Origin: Myxococcota bacterium
Lineage (GTDB): Bacteria > Myxococcota_A > UBA796 > CAJQPC01
Direction of reading: 5' to 3'
NCBI GenBank assembly: GCA_036012755.1
Contig: DASCPX010000123.1
Span: forward strand, 1 to 18,696
Length of the DNA stretch: 18,696 nucleotides
Each line of letters begins with the position of its first letter. Positions within the stretch are counted from its first letter, which is position 1. Position numbers and translations under genes: made by a program. Of this stretch, positions 17,202 through 18,696 are shown piece after piece. The notes under the pieces are model-generated. The model made no database searches, was not told the origin of the DNA, and was given only the letters and a program-made list of their open reading frames with translations.

Positions 17202-17849
17202 ATGTCCCTCGAGCGCATCCGCAAGCTGGTGAACCTCGCCCTCGACCAGGAGGGCACCCCCGAGGGGGACACGGCGATGCGGCTCGCCCGTGACCTCATG
17301 GTCGAACGGAACGTGGAGCTCTCCCAGCTGGGCCTGGACGAGCGGGAGCGCGTCGACCCCTTTCGGCGCTCCAGGGTGGAGCTCGGCGGCAAGGCCCACT
17401 GGCGCTGCAAGCTGATGTCGCTGGTCGCCCAGCACTGCGAGTGCGTCGCCGGGTGGAGCACGGCGGGCACGGGTAGCTTCTACGGTCGCAAGAGCGCCGT
17501 CGAGGTGGCGGAGTACCTCTTCGTCGTCTTGCTTCGCCAGCTCTGCCTCGAGCGCGCCGCCTTCATCGCCGGAGTCGCCCGGCCAGAGGCCCAGGACGCC
17601 GGAGGGCGTATCCGCGACTTCTGCCAGACCGCGCTGTTGGCCCTGTCACTGCGCCTCGAGCAGCTCAGGAGCGCGGAGGCTCCCGAGTGCACGGCGCTGG
17701 TGCGTCAGAGCAGTCGAGGGCTGGGCGACTGGATGGACGGCTCGGGCCATGCCCTGGCGAAGGAACCGCCCTTCGGCTTCTCCTACGACGAGGATGGCTA
17801 CCGGGCAGGCTACCGGCTGCCGCTGGTCGGCGCGGTGGAGAGCCACTGA
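17202..17849 (+). CDS. DUF2786-domain protein (215 aa)
   Basis: LERIRKLVNLA...EGDTAMRLARDLMVERNV resembles the DUF2786 helical hairpin. It is followed by the W..L...VA...C and FYG...VEVAEYLF..L pattern and a terminal GYRAG, as seen in such proteins. Confidence 0.75.
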   Translation: MSLERIRKLVNLALDQEGTPEGDTAMRLARDLMVERNVELSQLGLDERERVDPFRRSRVELGGKAHWRCKLMSLVAQHCECVAGWSTAGTGSFYGRKSAVEVAEYLFVVLLRQLCLERAAFIAGVARPEAQDAGGRIRDFCQTALLALSLRLEQLRSAEAPECTALVRQSSRGLGDWMDGSGHALAKEPPFGFSYDEDGYRAGYRLPLVGAVESH

Positions 17850-18006
17850 GCGATCGCCTGCGCTGATGTAGCCGGCGGGCATCACTGCGAAGATCCGTTC
17901 CCGCTGCGAAGGCGATTTCGCAGTACCCATGCGGCTTTGCGCCGCTTCCCAGGTCCGGGTTATCGGGGCCGGTCACCGGGTCCGCAACCCCGGGTCCGGA
18001 GCCAGG

Positions 18007-18696
18007 ATGAGCGCAGCCGCGTACTTCGACGTCGACGGGACCCTCTGCGGGACGAACCTCCTGCACCCGACCGCGATGTACCTGGCGAACCAGGCCTCGC
18101 CGATCCAGAGCCTCACGCGGATCGGAAAGGCGGTGCTCAGCGGTCCGCTGATGGCGCTGGCCGAGCTGCGGGACAGGCGTCGGTTCAACGAGATGCTGTT
18201 CTCGCACTTCCGCGGCATGACAGAAGACCGCATGGTGGTCCTCTCCGACGAGGTCTACGCCGCGACCGTCAAGCCGCGCATCTTCGCTGGCACCCGTGAC
18301 CTCATCCAGAAGTGCCGGGAGGCTGGGATGCGCGTCGTGCTCATCACCGGCAGCCTGGATCACACCATCGAGCCCCTGGCGCGAGACCTCGGCATCCCGG
18401 TCGAGGACATCATCACCAACCGCCTCGAGTACAAGGAGCGCGTCGCCACCGGCAAGCTCCTTCGGCCAGTCGTCGCCGGCCCGACCAAGGCGCGGCTGAT
18501 AGTGGACGACGCCCGCGAGCACGGGCATGACCTTGGACGCTGTCATGCCTACTCCGACAGCGCCTCGGACGTGCCGATGCTCTCTGTGGTCGGGCACCCC
18601 CACTGCATCAACCCGGACAAGGGGCTGCGCCGGCTCGCGCTGGCCTACGACTGGCCCATCCTCGACATCGACCGTCCCGCTCGCGAAAACCGTACC
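18007..18696 (+). CDS. HAD-IB (phosphoserine phosphatase-like) hydrolase, 3' end outside the window
   Basis: Missing from the ORF track because there is no stop. Manual translation gives MSAAAYFDVDGTL (motif I), LITGS (II), GPTK (III), YSDSASDVPMLSVVGHP..INPD (IV) and WPI; 230 codons are open to the edge. Confidence 0.92.
   Translation, partial: MSAAAYFDVDGTLCGTNLLHPTAMYLANQASPIQSLTRIGKAVLSGPLMALAELRDRRRFNEMLFSHFRGMTEDRMVVLSDEVYAATVKPRIFAGTRDLIQKCREAGMRVVLITGSLDHTIEPLARDLGIPVEDIITNRLEYKERVATGKLLRPVVAGPTKARLIVDDAREHGHDLGRCHAYSDSASDVPMLSVVGHPHCINPDKGLRRLALAYDWPILDIDRPARENRT

Overview
High-GC, very compact bacterial DNA. The gene content (DCDD 'metal-binding motif' + FG-GAP lipoprotein, DUF1279, Wzi, AP-superfamily pair) suggests a Myxococcota/deltaproteobacterial-type genome; this is inference only. 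The window opens with the trailer end of a CRISPR array: a 38-nt repeat ending ATTGAAGC, type I-G-like, with 4 full repeats, 1 partial repeat and a decayed terminal repeat. No cas genes lie inside the window. About 19 coding segments follow: Wzi capsule-assembly protein, a secreted hypothetical, a broken NatA/NatB(CPBP)-like ABC pair, an alkaline-phosphatase-superfamily lipoprotein, a membrane Thr-type sulfatase-like protein, a catalytically degenerate UppS homologue, two stand-alone cNMP-binding proteins, a beta-barrel-like protein, a HAMP-GGDEF cyclase with an orphan PhnD-like binding lipoprotein, an FG-GAP lipoprotein, a ferritin-like diiron protein, a SHOCT protein with PspA-like ends, a hypothetical lipoprotein, a DUF1279/FAM210-like protein, a DUF2786 protein and a HAD-IB hydrolase running off the end. 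The most unusual signals are the pseudo-cis-prenyltransferase, four lipoproteins with only 6-9 residues before the lipobox Cys, a recurring bidirectional/leaderless promoter layout, the cyclase + orphan PhnD pair and the mini-PspA-SHOCT protein. All family calls come from motif recognition by eye; no searches were run.
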